Positions 35,301 through 50,300 of a stretch of DNA of 64,000 nucleotides are shown here, in pieces. Made by a program: the position numbers and the translations under genes. The notes below the pieces were generated by a model. It made no database searches. It was given only the letters and a program-made list of their open reading frames with translations, and was not told the DNA's origin. This DNA comes from Balanoglossus misakiensis (lineage: Eukaryota > Animalia > Hemichordata): positions 11,301,309-11,365,308 of the forward strand of contig CM082591.2 of assembly GCA_040954595.2 (NCBI GenBank), given 5' to 3'. How positions within the stretch are numbered: position 1 is the first letter of the stretch; every line of letters starts with the position of its first letter.

Positions 35301-38300
35301 TCTACAGAGTCTAGTGGAAAACTTTCTGATGCGCATAGAACTATCATGTGTTCTGCGCATCACAACAGAATTTTGTAAATAAACGAGGCTGTGTTTGGAA
35401 GCAACCATGGGAATTTTTGAATTATCCGTCCATCTACAGAGTCTAGTGGAAAACTTCCTTATGCGCTTAGGCCTATCATGTGTCCTGCGCATCACAACAG
35501 AATTCAATTAATAAACGTGGCTGTGTTTGGAAGCAACCATGGAAATTTTGAACTATCCGTCCATCTACAGTGGAAAACTTCCTTATGCGCATTGGCCTAT
35601 CATATGTCCTGCGCATCACAACAGAATTCAATTAATAAACGTGGCTGTGTTTGGAAGCAACCATTGAAATTTTAGAACTATCCGTCGATCTACAGAGTCT
35701 AGTGGAAAACTTTCTTATGCGCATAGACCTATCATGTGTTCTGCGCATCACAACAGAATTTTGTAAACAAACGAGGCTGTGTTTGGAAGCAACCATGGAA
35801 ACTTTAGAAATATCCGGCAATCTACAGAGTCTAGTGGAAAACTTTCTTATCCTCATAGGCCTATCATGTGTTCTGCGTATCACAACAGAATTTTGTAAAC
35901 AAACGAGGCTGTGTTTGGAAGCAACCATGGAAACTTTAGAACTATCCGTCCATCTACAGAGTCTAGTGGAAAACTTTCTTATGCGCATAGGCTTATCTAT
36001 GTGTACTACGCATCACAACAGAATTCGGTAAATAAACGAGGCTGTGTTTGGAAGCAATCATGGAAATTTTAGAACTATCCATCCATCTACAGAGTCTAGT
36101 GGAAAACTTCCTTATGCGCATAGGCCTATCATGTGTCCTGCGCATCACAACAGAATTCAATTTATAAACGTGGCTGTGTTTGGAAGCAACCATGGAAATT
36201 TAGAACTATCCGTCCATCTACAGTGGAAAACTTCCTTATGCGCATAGGCCTATCATATGTCCTGCGCATCACAACAGAATTCAATTAATAAACGTGGCTG
36301 TGTTTGGAAGCAACCATGGAAATTTTAGAACTATCTGTCGATCTACCGAGTCTATCAGAAAACTTTCTCATGCGCATAGGTCTATCGTGTGTTCTGCGAA
36401 TCACAACCGATTTCCTCAACTAAACGAGGCTGTGTTTGGAAGCATCCATGGAAATTTTAGAACTATCCGTCGATCTACAGACTCTATCAGAAAACTTTCT
36501 CATGCGCTTAGGTCTATCGTGTGTTCTGCGCATCACAACAGATTTCCTTAAATAAACGAGGCTGTGTTTGGAAGCAACCATGGAAACATTAGAACTATCC
36601 GTCGATCTACAGAGTCTAGTGGAAAACTTCCTTATGCGCTTAGGCCTATCATGTGTCCTGCGCATCACAACAGAATTCAATTAATAAACGTGGCTGTGTT
36701 TGGAAGCAACCATGGAAATTTTAGAACTATCCGTAGATCTACACAGTCTAGTGGAAAACTTTCTTATGCGCATAGACCTATCATGTGTTCTGCGCATCAC
36801 AACAGAATTTTGTAAATAAATTAACGATGCTGTGTTTGGAAGCAACCATGGAAATTTTAGAACTATCCGTCCATCTACGGAGTCTAGTGGAAAACTTCCT
36901 TATGCGCTTAGGCCTATCATGTGTCCTGCGCATCACAACAGAATTCAATTAATAAACGTGGCTGTGTTTGGAAGCAACCATGGAAATTTTAGAACTATCT
37001 GTCGATCTACCGAGTCTATCAGAAAACTTTCTCATGCGCATAGGTCTATCGTGTGTTCTGCGAATCACAACAGAGTTCCTCAAATAAACGAGGGTGTGTT
37101 TGGAAGCAACCATGGAAATTTTAGAACTATCCGTCCATCTACAGAGTCTAGTGGAAAACTTTCTTATGCGCATAGGCTTATCTATGTGTTCTACGCATCA
37201 CAACAGAATTTGGTAAATAAACGAGGCTGTGTTTGGAAGCAACCATGGAAATTTTAGAACTATCCGTCCATCTACAGAGTCGAGTGGAAAACTTCCTTAT
37301 GCGCATAGGCCTATCATGTGTCCTGCGCATCACAACAGAATTCAATTTATAAACGTGGCTGTGTTTGGAAGCAACCATGGAAATTTAGAACTATCCGTCC
37401 ATCTACAGTGGAAAACTTCCTTATGCGCATAGGCCTATCATATGTCCTGCGCATCACAACAGAATTCAATTAATAAACGTGGCTGTGTTTGGAGGCAACC
37501 ATGGAAATTTTAGAACTATCTGTCGATCTACCGAGTCTATCAGAAAACTTTCTCATGCGCATAGGTCTATCGTGTGTTCTGCGAATCACAACCGATTTCC
37601 TCAACTAAACGAGGCTGTGTTTGGAAGCATCCATGGAAATTTTAGAACTATCCGTCGATCTACAGACTCTATCAGAAAACTTTCTCATGCGCATAGGTCT
37701 ATCGTGTGTTCTGCGCATCACAACAGATTTCCTTAAATAAACGAGGCTGTGTTTGGAAGCAACCATGGAAACATTAGAACTATCCGTCGATCTACAGAGT
37801 CTAGTGGAAAACTTCCTTATGCGCTTAGGCCTATCATGTGTCCTGCGCATCACAACAGAATTCAATTAATAAACGTGGCTGTGTTTGGAAGCAACCATGG
37901 AAATTTTAGAACTATCCGTAGATCTACACAGTCTAGTGGAAAACTTTCTTATGCGCATAGACCTATCATGTGTTCTGCGCATCACAACAGAATTTTGTAA
38001 ATAAATTAACGATGCTGTGTTTGGAAGCAACCATGGAAATTTTAGAACTATCCGTCCATCTACGGAGTCTAGTGGAAAACTTCCTTATGCGCTTAGGCCT
38101 ATCATGTGTCCTGCGCATCACAACAGAATTCAATTAATAAACGTGGCTGTGTTTGGAAGCAACCATGGAAATTTTAGAACTATCTGTCGATCTACCGAGT
38201 CTATCAGAAAACTTTCTCATGCGCATAGGTCTATCGTGTGTTCTGCGAATCACAACAGAGTTCCTCAAATAAACGAGGGTGTGTTTGGAAGCAACCATGG

Positions 38301-41300
38301 AAATTTTAGAACTATCCGTCCATCTACAGAGTCTAGTGGAAAACTTTCTTATGCGCATAGGCTTATCTATGTGTTCTACGCATCACAACAGAATTTGGTA
38401 AATAAACGAGGCTGTGTTTGGAAGCAACCATGGAAATTTTAGAACTATCCGTCCATCTACAGAGTCGAGTGGAAAACTTCCTTATGCGCATAGGCCTATC
38501 ATGTGTCCTGCGCATCACAACAGAATTCAATTTATAAACGTGGCTGTGTTTGGAAGCAACCATGGAAATTTAGAACTATCCGTCCATCTACAGTGGAAAA
38601 CTTCCTTATGCGCATAGGCCTATCATATGTCCTGCGCATCACAACAGAATTCAATTAATAAACGTGGCTGTGTTTGGAAGCAACCATGGAAATTTTAGAA
38701 CTATCTGTCGATCTACCGAGTCTATCAGAAAACTTTCTCATGCGCATAGGTCTATCGTGTGTTCTGCGAATCACAACAGATTTCCTCAAATAAACGAGGC
38801 TGTGTTTGGAAGCATCCATGGGAATTTTAGAACTATCCGTCGATCTACAGAGTCTAGTGGAAAACTTCCTTATGCGCATAGGCCTGTCATGTGTCCTGCG
38901 CATCACAACAGAATTCAATTAATAAACGTGGCTGTGTTTGGAAGCAACCATGAAAATTTAGAACTATCCGTCCATCTACAGTGGAAAACTTCCTTATGCG
39001 CATAGGCCTATCATATGTCCTGCGCATCACAACAGAATTCAATTAATAAACGTTGCTGTATTTGGAAGCAACCATGGAAATTTTAGAACTATCCGTTGAT
39101 CTACAGAGTCTAGTGGAAAACTTTCTTATGCGCATAGACCTATCATGTATTCTGCGCATCACAACAGAATTTTGTAAACAAACGAGGCTGTGTTTGGAAG
39201 CATCCATGGAAATTTTAGAACTATCTGTCGATCTACCGAGTCAATCAGAAAACTTTCTCATGCGCATAGGTCTATCGTGTGTTCTGCGAATCACAACCGA
39301 TTTCCTCAAATAAACGAGGCTGTGTTTGGAAGCAACCATGGAAATTTTAGAACTATCCATCCATCTACAGAGTCTAGTGGAAAACTTCCTTATGCGCATA
39401 GGCCTATCATGTGTCCTGCGCATCACAACAGAATTCAATTAATAAACGTGGCTGTGTTTGGAAGCAACCATGGAAATTTTAGAACTATCCGTCGATCTAC
39501 AGAGTCTAGTGGAAAACTTTCTGATGCGCATAGAACTATCATGTGTTCTGCGCATCACAACAGAATTTTGTAAATAAACGAGGCTGTGTTTGGAAGCAAC
39601 CATGGGAATTTTTGAATTATCCGTCCATCTACAGAGTCTAGTGGAAAACTTCCTTATGCGCTTAGGCCTATCATGTGTCCTGCGCATCACAACAGAATTC
39701 AATTAATAAACGTGGCTGTGTTTGGAAGCAACCATGGAAATTTTGAACTATCCGTCCATCTACAGTGGAAAACTTCCTTATGCGCATTGGCCTATCATAT
39801 GTCCTGCGCATCACAACAGAATTCAATTAATAAACGTGGCTGTGTTTGGAAGCAACCATTGAAATATTAGAACTATCCGTCGATCTACAGAGTCTAGTGG
39901 AAAACTTTCTTATGCGCATAGACCTATCATGTGTTCTGCGCATCACAACAGAATTTTGTAAACAAACGAGGCTGTGTTTGGAAGCAACCATGGAAACTTT
40001 AGAAATATCCGGCAATCTACAGAGTCTAGTGGAAAACTTTCTTATCCTCATAGGCCTATCATGTGTTCTGCGTATCACAACAGAATTTTGTAAACAATCG
40101 AGGCTGTGTTTGGAAGCAACCATGGAAACTTTAGAACTATCCGTCCATCTACAGAGTCTAGTGGAAAACTTTCTTATGCGCATAGGCTTATCTATGTGTA
40201 CTACGCATCACAACAGAATTCGGTAAATAAACGAGGCTGTGTTTGGAAGCAATCATGGAAATTTTAGAACTATCCATTTATCTACAGAGTCTAGTGGAAA
40301 ACTTCCTTATGCGCATAGGCCTATCATGTGTCCTGCGCATCACAACAGAATTCAATTAAACGTGGCTGTGTTTGGAAGCAACCATGGAAATTTTAGAACT
40401 ATCCGTCCATCTTCAGAGTCTAGTGGAAAACTTTCTTATGCGCATAGGCTTATCTATGTGTACTACGCATCACAACAGAATTCGGTAAATAAACGAGGCT
40501 GTGTTTGGAAGCAATCATGGAAATTTTAGAACTATCCATCCATCTACAGAGTCTAGTGGAAAACTTCCTTATGCGCTTAGGCCTATCATGTGTCCTGCGC
40601 ATCACAACAGAATTCAATTAATAAACGTGGCTGTGTTTGGAAGCAACCATGGAAATTTTAGAACTATCTGTCGATCTACCGAGTCTATCAGAAAACTTTC
40701 TCATGCGCATAGGTCTATCGTGTGTTCTGCGAATCACAACCGATTTCCTCAAATAAACGAGGCTGTGTTTGGAAGCAACCACGGAAATTTTAGAACTATC
40801 CATCCATCTACAGAGTCTAGTGGAAAACTTCCTTATGCGCATAGGCCTATCATGTGTCCTGCGCATCACAACAGAATTCAATTAATAAACGTGGCTGTGT
40901 TTGGAAGCAACCATGGAAATTTTAGAACTATCCGTCGATCTACAGAGTCTAGTGGAAAACTTTCTGATGCGCATAGAACTATCATGTGTTCTGCGCATCA
41001 CAACAGAATTTTGTAAATAAACGAGGCTGTGTTTGGAAGCAACCATGGGAATTTTTGAATTATCCGTCCATCTACAGAGTCTAGTGGAAAACTTCCTTAT
41101 GCGCTTAGGCCTATCATGTGTCCTGCGCATCACAACAGAATTCAATTAATAAACGTGGCTGTGTTTGGAAGCAACCATGGAAATTTTGAACTATCCGTCC
41201 ATCTACAGTGGAAAACTTCCTTATGCGCATTGGCCTATCATATGTCCTGCGCATCACAACAGAATTCAATTAATAAACGTGGCTGTGTTTGGAAGTAACC

Positions 41301-44300
41301 ATTGAAATTTTAGAACTATCCGTCGATCTACAGAGTCTAGTGGAAAACTTTCTTATGCGCATAGACCTATCATGTGTTCTGCGCATCACAACAGAATTGT
41401 GTAAACAAACGAGGCTGTGTTTGGAAGCAACCATGGAAACTTTAGAACTATCCGTCCATCTACAGAGTCTAGTGGAAAACTTTCTTATGCGCATAGGCTT
41501 ATCTATGTGTCCTGCGCATCACAACAGAATTCAATTAAACGTGGCTGTGTTTGGAAGCAACCATGGAAATTTTAGAACTATCCGTCCATCTTCTGAGTCT
41601 AGTGGAAAACTTTCTTATGCGCATAGGCTTATCTATGTGTACTACGCATCACAACAGAATTCGGTAAATAAACGAGGCTGTGTTTGGAAGCAATCATGGA
41701 AATTTTAGAACTATCCATCCATCTACAGAGTCTAGTGGAAAACTTCCTTATGCGCTTAGGCCTATCATGTGTCCTGCGCATCGCAACAGAATTCAATTAA
41801 TAAATGTGGCTGTGTTTGGAAGCAACCATGGAAATTTTAGAACTATCTGTCGATCTACCGAGTATATCAGAAAACTTTCTCATGCGCATAGGTCTATCGT
41901 GTGTTCTGCGAATCACAACAGATTTCCTCAAATAAACGAGGGTGTGTTTGGAAGCAACCATGGAAATTTTAGAACTATCCGTCCATCTACAGAGTCGAGT
42001 GGAAAACTTCCTTATGCGCATAGGCCTATCATGTGTCCTGCGCATCACAACAGAATTCAATTTATAAACGTGGCTGTGTTTGGAAGCAACCATGGAAATT
42101 TAGAACTATCTGTCCATCTACAGTGGAAAACTTCCTTATGCGCATAGGCCTATCATATGTCCTGCGCATCACAACAGAATTCAATTAATAAACGTGGCTG
42201 TGTTTGGAAGCAACCATGGAAACTTTAGAACTATCCGTCCATCTACAGAGTCTAGTGGAAAACTTTATTATGCGCATAGGCTTATCTATGTGTACTACGC
42301 ATCACAACAGAATTCGGTAAATAAACGAGGCTGTGTTTGGAAGCAATCATGGAAATTTTAGAACTATCCATCCATCTACAGAGTCTAGTGGAAAACTTCC
42401 TTATGCGCATAGGCCTATCATATGTCCTGCGCATCACAACAGAATTCAATTAATAAACGTGGCTGTGTTTGGAAGTAACCATTGAAATTTTAGAACTATC
42501 CGTCGATCTACAGAGTCTAGTGGAAAACTTTCTTATGCGCATAGACCTATCATGTGTTCTGCGCATCACAACAGAATTTTGTAAACAAACGAGGCTGTGT
42601 TTGGAAGCAACCATGGAAACTTTAGAACTATCCGTCCATCTACAGAGTCTAGTGGAAAACTTTCTTATGCGCATAGGCTTATCTATGTGTACTACGCATC
42701 ACAACAGAATTCGGTAAATAAACGAGGCTGTGTTTGGAAGCAATCATGGAAATTTTAGAACTATCCATCCATCTACAGAGTCTAGTGGAAAACTTCCTTA
42801 TGCGCATAGGCCTATCATGTGTCCTGCGCATCACAACAGAATTCAATTAAACGTGGCTGTGTTTGGAAGCAACCATGGAAATTTTAGAACTATCCGTCCA
42901 TCTTCAGAGTCTAGTGGAAAACTTTCTTATGCGCATAGGCTTATCTATGTGTACTACGCATCACAACAGAATTCGGTAAATAAACGAGGCTGTGTTTGGA
43001 AGCAATCATGGAAATTTTAGAACTATCCATCCATCTACAGAGTCTAGTGGAAAACTTCCTTATGCGCTTAGGCCTATCATGTGTCCTGCGCATCACAACA
43101 GAATTCAATTAATAAACGTGGCTGTGTTTGGAAGCAACCATGGAAATTTTAGAACTATCTGTCGATCTACCGAGTCTATCAGAAAACTTTCTCATGCGCA
43201 TAGGTCTATCGTGTGTTCTGCGAATCACAACAGATTTCCTCAAATAAACGAGGGTGTGTTTGGAAGCAACCATGGAAATTTTAGAACTATCCGTCCATCT
43301 ACAGAGTCGAGTGGAAAACTTCCTTATGCGCATAGGCCTATCATGTGTCCTGCGCATCACAACAGAATTCAATTTATAAACGTGGCTGTGTTTGGAAGCA
43401 ACCATGGAAATTTAGAACTATCTGTCCATCTACAGTGGAAAACTTCCTTATGCGCATAGGCCTATCATATGTCCTGCGCATCACAACAGAATTCAATTAA
43501 TAAACGTGGCTGTGTTTGGAAGCAACCATGGAAATTTTAGAACTATCTGTCGATCTACCGAGTCTAGTGGAAAACTTTCTTATGCGCATAGACCTATCAT
43601 GTGTTCTGCGCATCACAACAGAATTTTGTAAACAAACGAGGCTGTGTTTGGAAGCAACCATGGAAACTTTAGAACTATCCGTCAATCTACAGAATCTAGT
43701 GGAAAACTTTCTTATCCTCATAGGCCTATCATGTGTTCTGCGTATCACAACAGAATTTTGTAAACAAACGAGGCTGTGTTTGGAAGCAATCATGGAAATT
43801 TTAGAACTATCCATCCATCTACAGAGTCTAGTGGAAAACTTCCTTATGCGCATAGGCCTATCATGTGTCCTGCGCATCACAACAGAATTCAATTAAACGT
43901 GGCTGTGTTTGGAAGCAACCATGGAAATTTTAGAACTATCCGTCCATCTTCAGAGTCTAGTGGAAAACTTTCTTATGCGCATAGGCTTATCTATGTGTAC
44001 TACGCATCACAACAGAATTCGGTAAATAAACGAGGCTGTGTTTGGAAGCAATCATGGAAATTTTAGAACTATCCATCCATCTACAGAGTCTAGTGGAAAA
44101 CTTCCTTATGCGCTTAGGCCTATCATGTGTCCTGCGCATCACAACAGAATTCAATTAATAAACGTGGCTGTGTTTGGAAGCAACCATGGAAATTTTAGAA
44201 CTATCTGTCGATCTACCGAGTCTATCAGAAAACTTTCTCATGCGCATAGGTCTATCGTGTGTTCTGCGAATCACAACCGATTTCCTCAAATAAACGAGGC

Positions 44301-47300
44301 TGTGTTTGGAAGCATACATGGAAATTTTAGAACTATCCGTCGATCTACAGAGTCTATCAGAAAACTTTCTCATGCGCATAGGTCTATCGTGTGTTCTGCG
44401 CATCACAACAGATTTCCTTAAATAAACGAGGCTGTGTTTTGAAGCAACCATGGAAACATTAGAACTATCCGTCGATCTACAGAGTCTAGTGGAAAACTTT
44501 CTTATGCGCATAGGTCTATCGTGTGTTCTGCGAATCACAACAGATTTCCTCAAATAAACGAGGGTGTGTTTGGAAGCAACCATGGAAATTTTAGAACTAT
44601 CCGTCCATCTACAGAGTCGAGTGGAAAACTTCCTTATGCGCATAGGCCTATCATGTGTCCTGCGCATCACAACAGAATTCAATTAATAAACGTGGCTGTG
44701 TTTGGAAGCAACCATGGAAATGTTAGAACTATCTGTCGATCTACCGAGTCTAGTGGAAAACTTTCTTATGCGCATAGACCTATCATGTGTTCTGCGCATC
44801 ACAACAGAATTTTGTAAACAAACGAGGCTGTGTTTGGAAGCAACCATGGAAATTTTAGAACTATCCGTCGATCTACAGAGTCTATCAGAAAACTTTCTCA
44901 TGCGCATAGGTCTATCGTGTGTTCTGCGCATCACAACAGATTTCCTTAAATAAACGAGGCTGTGTTTGGAAGCAACCATGGAAACATTAGAACTATCCGT
45001 CGATCTACAGAGTCTAGTGGAAAACTTCCTTATCCGCTTAGGCCTATCATGTGTCCTGCGCATCACAACAGAATTCAATTAATAAACGTGGCTGTGTTTG
45101 GAAGCAACCATGGAAATTTTAGAACTATCCGTCGATCTACACAGTCTAGTGGAAAACTTTCTTATGCGCATAGACCTATCATGTGTTCTGCGCATCACAA
45201 CAGAATTTTGTAAATAAATTAACGAGGCTGTGTTTGGAAGCAACCATGGAAATTTTAGAACTATCCGTCCATCTACAGAGTCTAGTGGAAAACTTTCTTA
45301 TGCGCATAGGCTTATCTATGTGTACTACGCATCACAACAGAATTCGGTAAATAAACGAGGTTGTGTTTGGAAGCAATCATGGAAATTTTAGAACTATCCA
45401 TCCATCTACAGAGTCTAGTGGAAAACTTCCTTATGCGCATAGACCTATCATGTGTCCTGCGCATCACAACAGAATTCAATTAATAAACGTGGCTGTGTTT
45501 GGAAGCAACCATGGAAATTTTAGAACTATCCGTCCATCTTCAGAGTCTAGTGGAAAACTTTCTTATGCGCATAGGCTTATCTATGTGTACAACGCATCAC
45601 AACAGAATTCGGTAAATCAACGAGGCTGTGTTTGGAAGCAATCATGGAAATTTTAGAACTATCCATCCATCTACAGAGTCTAGTGGAAAACTTCCTTATG
45701 CGCATAGGCCTATCATGTGTCCTGCGCATCACAACAGAATTCAATTAATAAACGTGGCTGTGTTTGGAAGCAACCATGGAAATTTTAGAACTATCCGTCG
45801 ATCTACAGAGTCTAGTGGAAAACTTTCTTATGCGCATAGACCTATCATGTGTTCTGCGCATCACAACAGAATTTTGTAAATAAATTAACGAGGCTGTGTT
45901 TGGAAGCAACCATGGAAATGTTAGAACTATCCGTCCATCTACAGAGTCTAGTGGAAAACTTCCTTATGCGCTTAGGCCTATCATGTGTCCTGCGCATCAC
46001 AACAGAATTCAATTAATAAACGTGGCTGTGTTTGGAAGCAACCATGGAAATTTTAGAACTATCTGTCGATCTACCGAGTCTATCAGAAAACTTTCTCATG
46101 CGCATAAGTCTATCGTGTGTTCTGCGAATCACAACCGATTTCCTCAAATAAACGAGGCTGTGTTTGGAAGCATCCATGGAAATTTTAGAACTATCCGTCG
46201 ATCTACAGAGTCTATCAGAAAACTTTCTCGTGCGCATAGGTCTATCGTGTGTTCTGCGCATCACAACAGATTTCCTTAAATAAACGAGGCTGTGTTTGGA
46301 AGCAACCATGGAAACATTAGAACTATCCGTCCATCTACAGAGTCTAGTGGAAAACTTTCTTATGCGCATAGGCTTATCTATATGTTCTACACATCACAAC
46401 AGAATTTGGTAAATAAACGAGGCTGTGTTTGGAAGCAACCATGGAAATTTTAGAACTATCCTTCCATCTACAGAGTCAAGTGGAAAACTTCCTTATGCGC
46501 ATAGGCCTATCATGTGTCCTGCGCATCACAACAGAATTCAATTTATAAACGTGGCTGTGTTTGGAAGCAACCATGGAAATTTAGAACTATCTGTCCATCT
46601 ACAGTGGAAAACTTGCTGATGCGCATAGGCCTATCATATGTCCTGCGCATCACAACAGAATTCAATTAATAAACGTGGCTGTGTTTGGAAGCAACCATGG
46701 AAATTTTAGAACTATCTGTCGATCTACCGAGTCTATCAGAAAACTTTCTCATGCGCATAGGTCTATCGTGTGTTCTGCGAATCACAACAGATTTCCTCAA
46801 ATAAACGAGGCTGTGTTTGGAAGCATCCATGGGAATTTTAGAACTATCCGTCGATCTACAGAGTCTAGTGGAAAACTTCCTTATGCGCATAGGCCCATCA
46901 TGTGTCCTGCGCATCACAACATAATTCAATTAATAAACGTGGCTGTGTTTGGAAGCAACCATGAAAATTTAGAACTATCCGTCCATCTACAGTGGAAAAC
47001 TTCCTTATGCGCATAGGCCTATCATATGCCCTGCGCATCACAACAGAATTCGGTAAATAAACGAGGGTGTGTTTGGAAGCAACCATGGAAATTTTAGAAC
47101 TATCCGTCCATCTACAGAGTCTAGTGGAAAACTTTCTTATGCGCATAGGCTTATATATGTGTTCTACGCATCACAACAGAATTCGGTAAATAAACGAGGC
47201 TGTGTTTGGAAGCAACCATGGAAATTTTAGAACTATCCGTCCATGTACAGAGTGTAGTCGAAAACTTTCTTATGCGCATAGACCTATCATATGTACTGCG

Positions 47301-50300
47301 CATCACAACAGAATTTTGTAAACAAACGTGGCTGTGTTTGGAAGCAACCATGGAAATTTTAGAACTATCCGTCCATCTTCAGAGTCTAGTGGAAAACTTT
47401 CTTATGCGCATAGGCTTATCTATGTGTACTACGCATCACAACAGAATTCGGTAAATAAACGAGGCTGTGTTTGGAAGCAATCATGGAAATTTTAGAACTA
47501 TCCATCCATCTACAGAGTCTAGTGGAAAACTTCCTTATGCGCATAGGCCTATCATGTGTCCTGCGCATCACAACAGAATTCAATTAATAAACGTGTCTGT
47601 GTTTGGAAGCAACCATGGAAATTTTAGAACTATCCGTCGATCTACACAGTCTAGTGGAAAACTTTCTTATGCGCATAGACCTATCATGTGTTCTGCGCAT
47701 CACAACAGAATTTTGTAAATAAATTAACGAGGCTGTGTTTGGAAGCAACCATGGAAACATTAGAACTATCCGTCGATCTACAGAGTCTAGTGGAAAACTT
47801 TCTCATGCGCATAGGTCTATCGTGTGTTCTGCGAATCACAACGGATTTCCTCAAATAAACGAGGGTGTGTTTGGAAGCAACCATGGAAATTTTAGAACTA
47901 TCAGTCCATCTACAGAGTCTAGTGGAAAACTTTCTTATGCGCATAGGCTTATCTATATGTTCTACGCATCACAACAGAATTTGGTAAATAAACGAGGCTG
48001 TGTTTGGAAGCAACCATGGAAATTCTAGAACTATCCGTCCATCTACAGAGTCGAGTGGAAAACTTCCTTATGCGCATAGGCCTATCATGTGTCCTGCGCA
48101 TCACAACAGAATTCAATTTATAAACGTGGCTGTGTTTGGAAGCAACCATGGAAATTTAGAACTATCTGTCCATCTTCAGTGGAAAACTTCCTGATGCGCA
48201 TAGGCCTATCATATGTCCTGCGCATCACAACAGAATTCAATTAATAAACGTGGCTGTGTTTGGAAGCAAACATGGAAATTTTAGAACTATCTGTCGATCT
48301 ACCGAGTCTATCAGAAAACTTTCTCATGCGCATAGGTCTATCGTGTGTTCTGCGAATCACAACAGATTTCCTCAAATAAACGAGGCTGTGTTTGGAAGCA
48401 TCCATGGGAATTTTAGAACTATCCGTCGATCTACAGAGTCTAGTGGAAAACTTCCTTATGCGCATAGGCCCATCATGTGTCTTGCGCATCACAACAGAAT
48501 TCAATTAATAAACGTGGCTGTGTTTGGAAGCAACCATGAAAATTTAGAACTATCCGTCCATCTACAGTGGAAAACTTCCTTATGCGCATAGGCCTATCAT
48601 ATGCCCTGCGCATCACAACACAATTCGGTAAATAAACGAGGGTGTGTTTGGAAGCAACCATGGAAATTTTAGAACTATCCGTCCATCTACACAGTCTAGT
48701 GGAAAACTTTCTTATGCGCATAGGCTTGTATATGTGTTCTACGCATCACAACAGAATTCGGTAAATAAACGAGGCTGTGTTTGGAAGCAACCATGGAAAT
48801 TTTAGAACTATCCGTCCATCTACAGAGTGTAGTCGAAAACTATCTTATGCGCATAGGCCTATCATGTGTCCTGCGCATCACAACAGAATTCAATTAATAA
48901 ACGTGTCTGTGTTTGGAAGCAACCATGGAAATTTTAGAACTATCCATCGATCTCCACAGTCTAGTGGAAAACTTTCTTATGCGCATAGACCTATCATGTG
49001 TTCTGCGCCTCACAACAGAATTTTGTAAATAAATTAACGAGGCTGTGTTTGGAAGCAACCATGGAAATTTTAGAACTATCCGTCCATCTACAGAGTGTAG
49101 TCGAAAACTTTCTTATGCGCATAGACCTATCATATGTTCTGCGCATCACAACAGAATTTTGTAAACAAACGTGGCTGTGTTTCGAAGCAACCATGGAAAT
49201 TTTAGAACTATCCGTTCATCTTCAGAGTCTAGTGGAAAACTTTCTTATGCGCAGAGGCTTATCTATGTGTACTACGCAACACAACAGAATTCGGTAAATA
49301 AACGAGGCTGTGTTTGGAAGCAATCATGGAAATTTTAGAACTATCCATCCATCTACAGAGTCTAGTGGAAAACTTCCTTATGCGCATAGGCCTATCATAT
49401 GCCCTGCGCATCACAACAGAATTCGGTTAATAAACGAGGGTGTGTTTGGAAGCAACCATGGAAATTTTAGAACTATCCGTCCATCTACAGAGTCTAGTGG
49501 AAAACTTTCTTATGCGCATAGGCTTATATATGTGTTCTACGCATCACAACAGAATTCGGCAAATAAACGAGGCTGTGTTTGGAAGCAACCATGGAAATTT
49601 TAGAACTATCCGTCCATGTACAGAGTGTAGTCGAAAACTTTCTTATGCGCATAGACCTATCATATGTTCTGCGCATCACAACAGAATTTTGTAAACAAAC
49701 GTGGCTGTGTTTGGAAGCAACAATGGAAATTTTAGAACTATCCGTCCATCTTCAGAGTCTAGTGGAAAACTTTCTTATGCGCATAGGCTTATCTACGTGT
49801 ACTACGCATCACAACAGAATTCGGTAAATAAACGAGGCTGTGTTTGGAAGCAATCATGGAAATTTTAGAACTATCCATCCATCTACAGAGTCTAGTGGAA
49901 AACTTCCTTATGCGCATAGGCCTATCATGTGTCCTGCGCATCACAACAGAATTCAATTAATAAACGTGTCTGTGTTTGGAAGCAACCATGGAAATTTTAG
50001 AACTATCCGTCGATCTACACAGTCTAGTGGAAAACTTTCTTATGCGCATAGACCTATCATGTGTTCTGCGCATCACAACAGAATTTTGTAAATAAATTAA
50101 CGAGGCTGTGTTTGGAAGCAACCATGGAAACATTAGAACTATCCGTCGATCTACAGAGTCTAGTGGAAAACTTTCTCATGCGCATAGGTCTATCGTGTGT
50201 TCTGCGAATCACAACAGATTTCCTCAAATAAACGAGGGTGTGTTTGGAAGCAACCATGGAAATTTTAGAACTATCAGTCCATCTACAGAGTCTAGTGGAA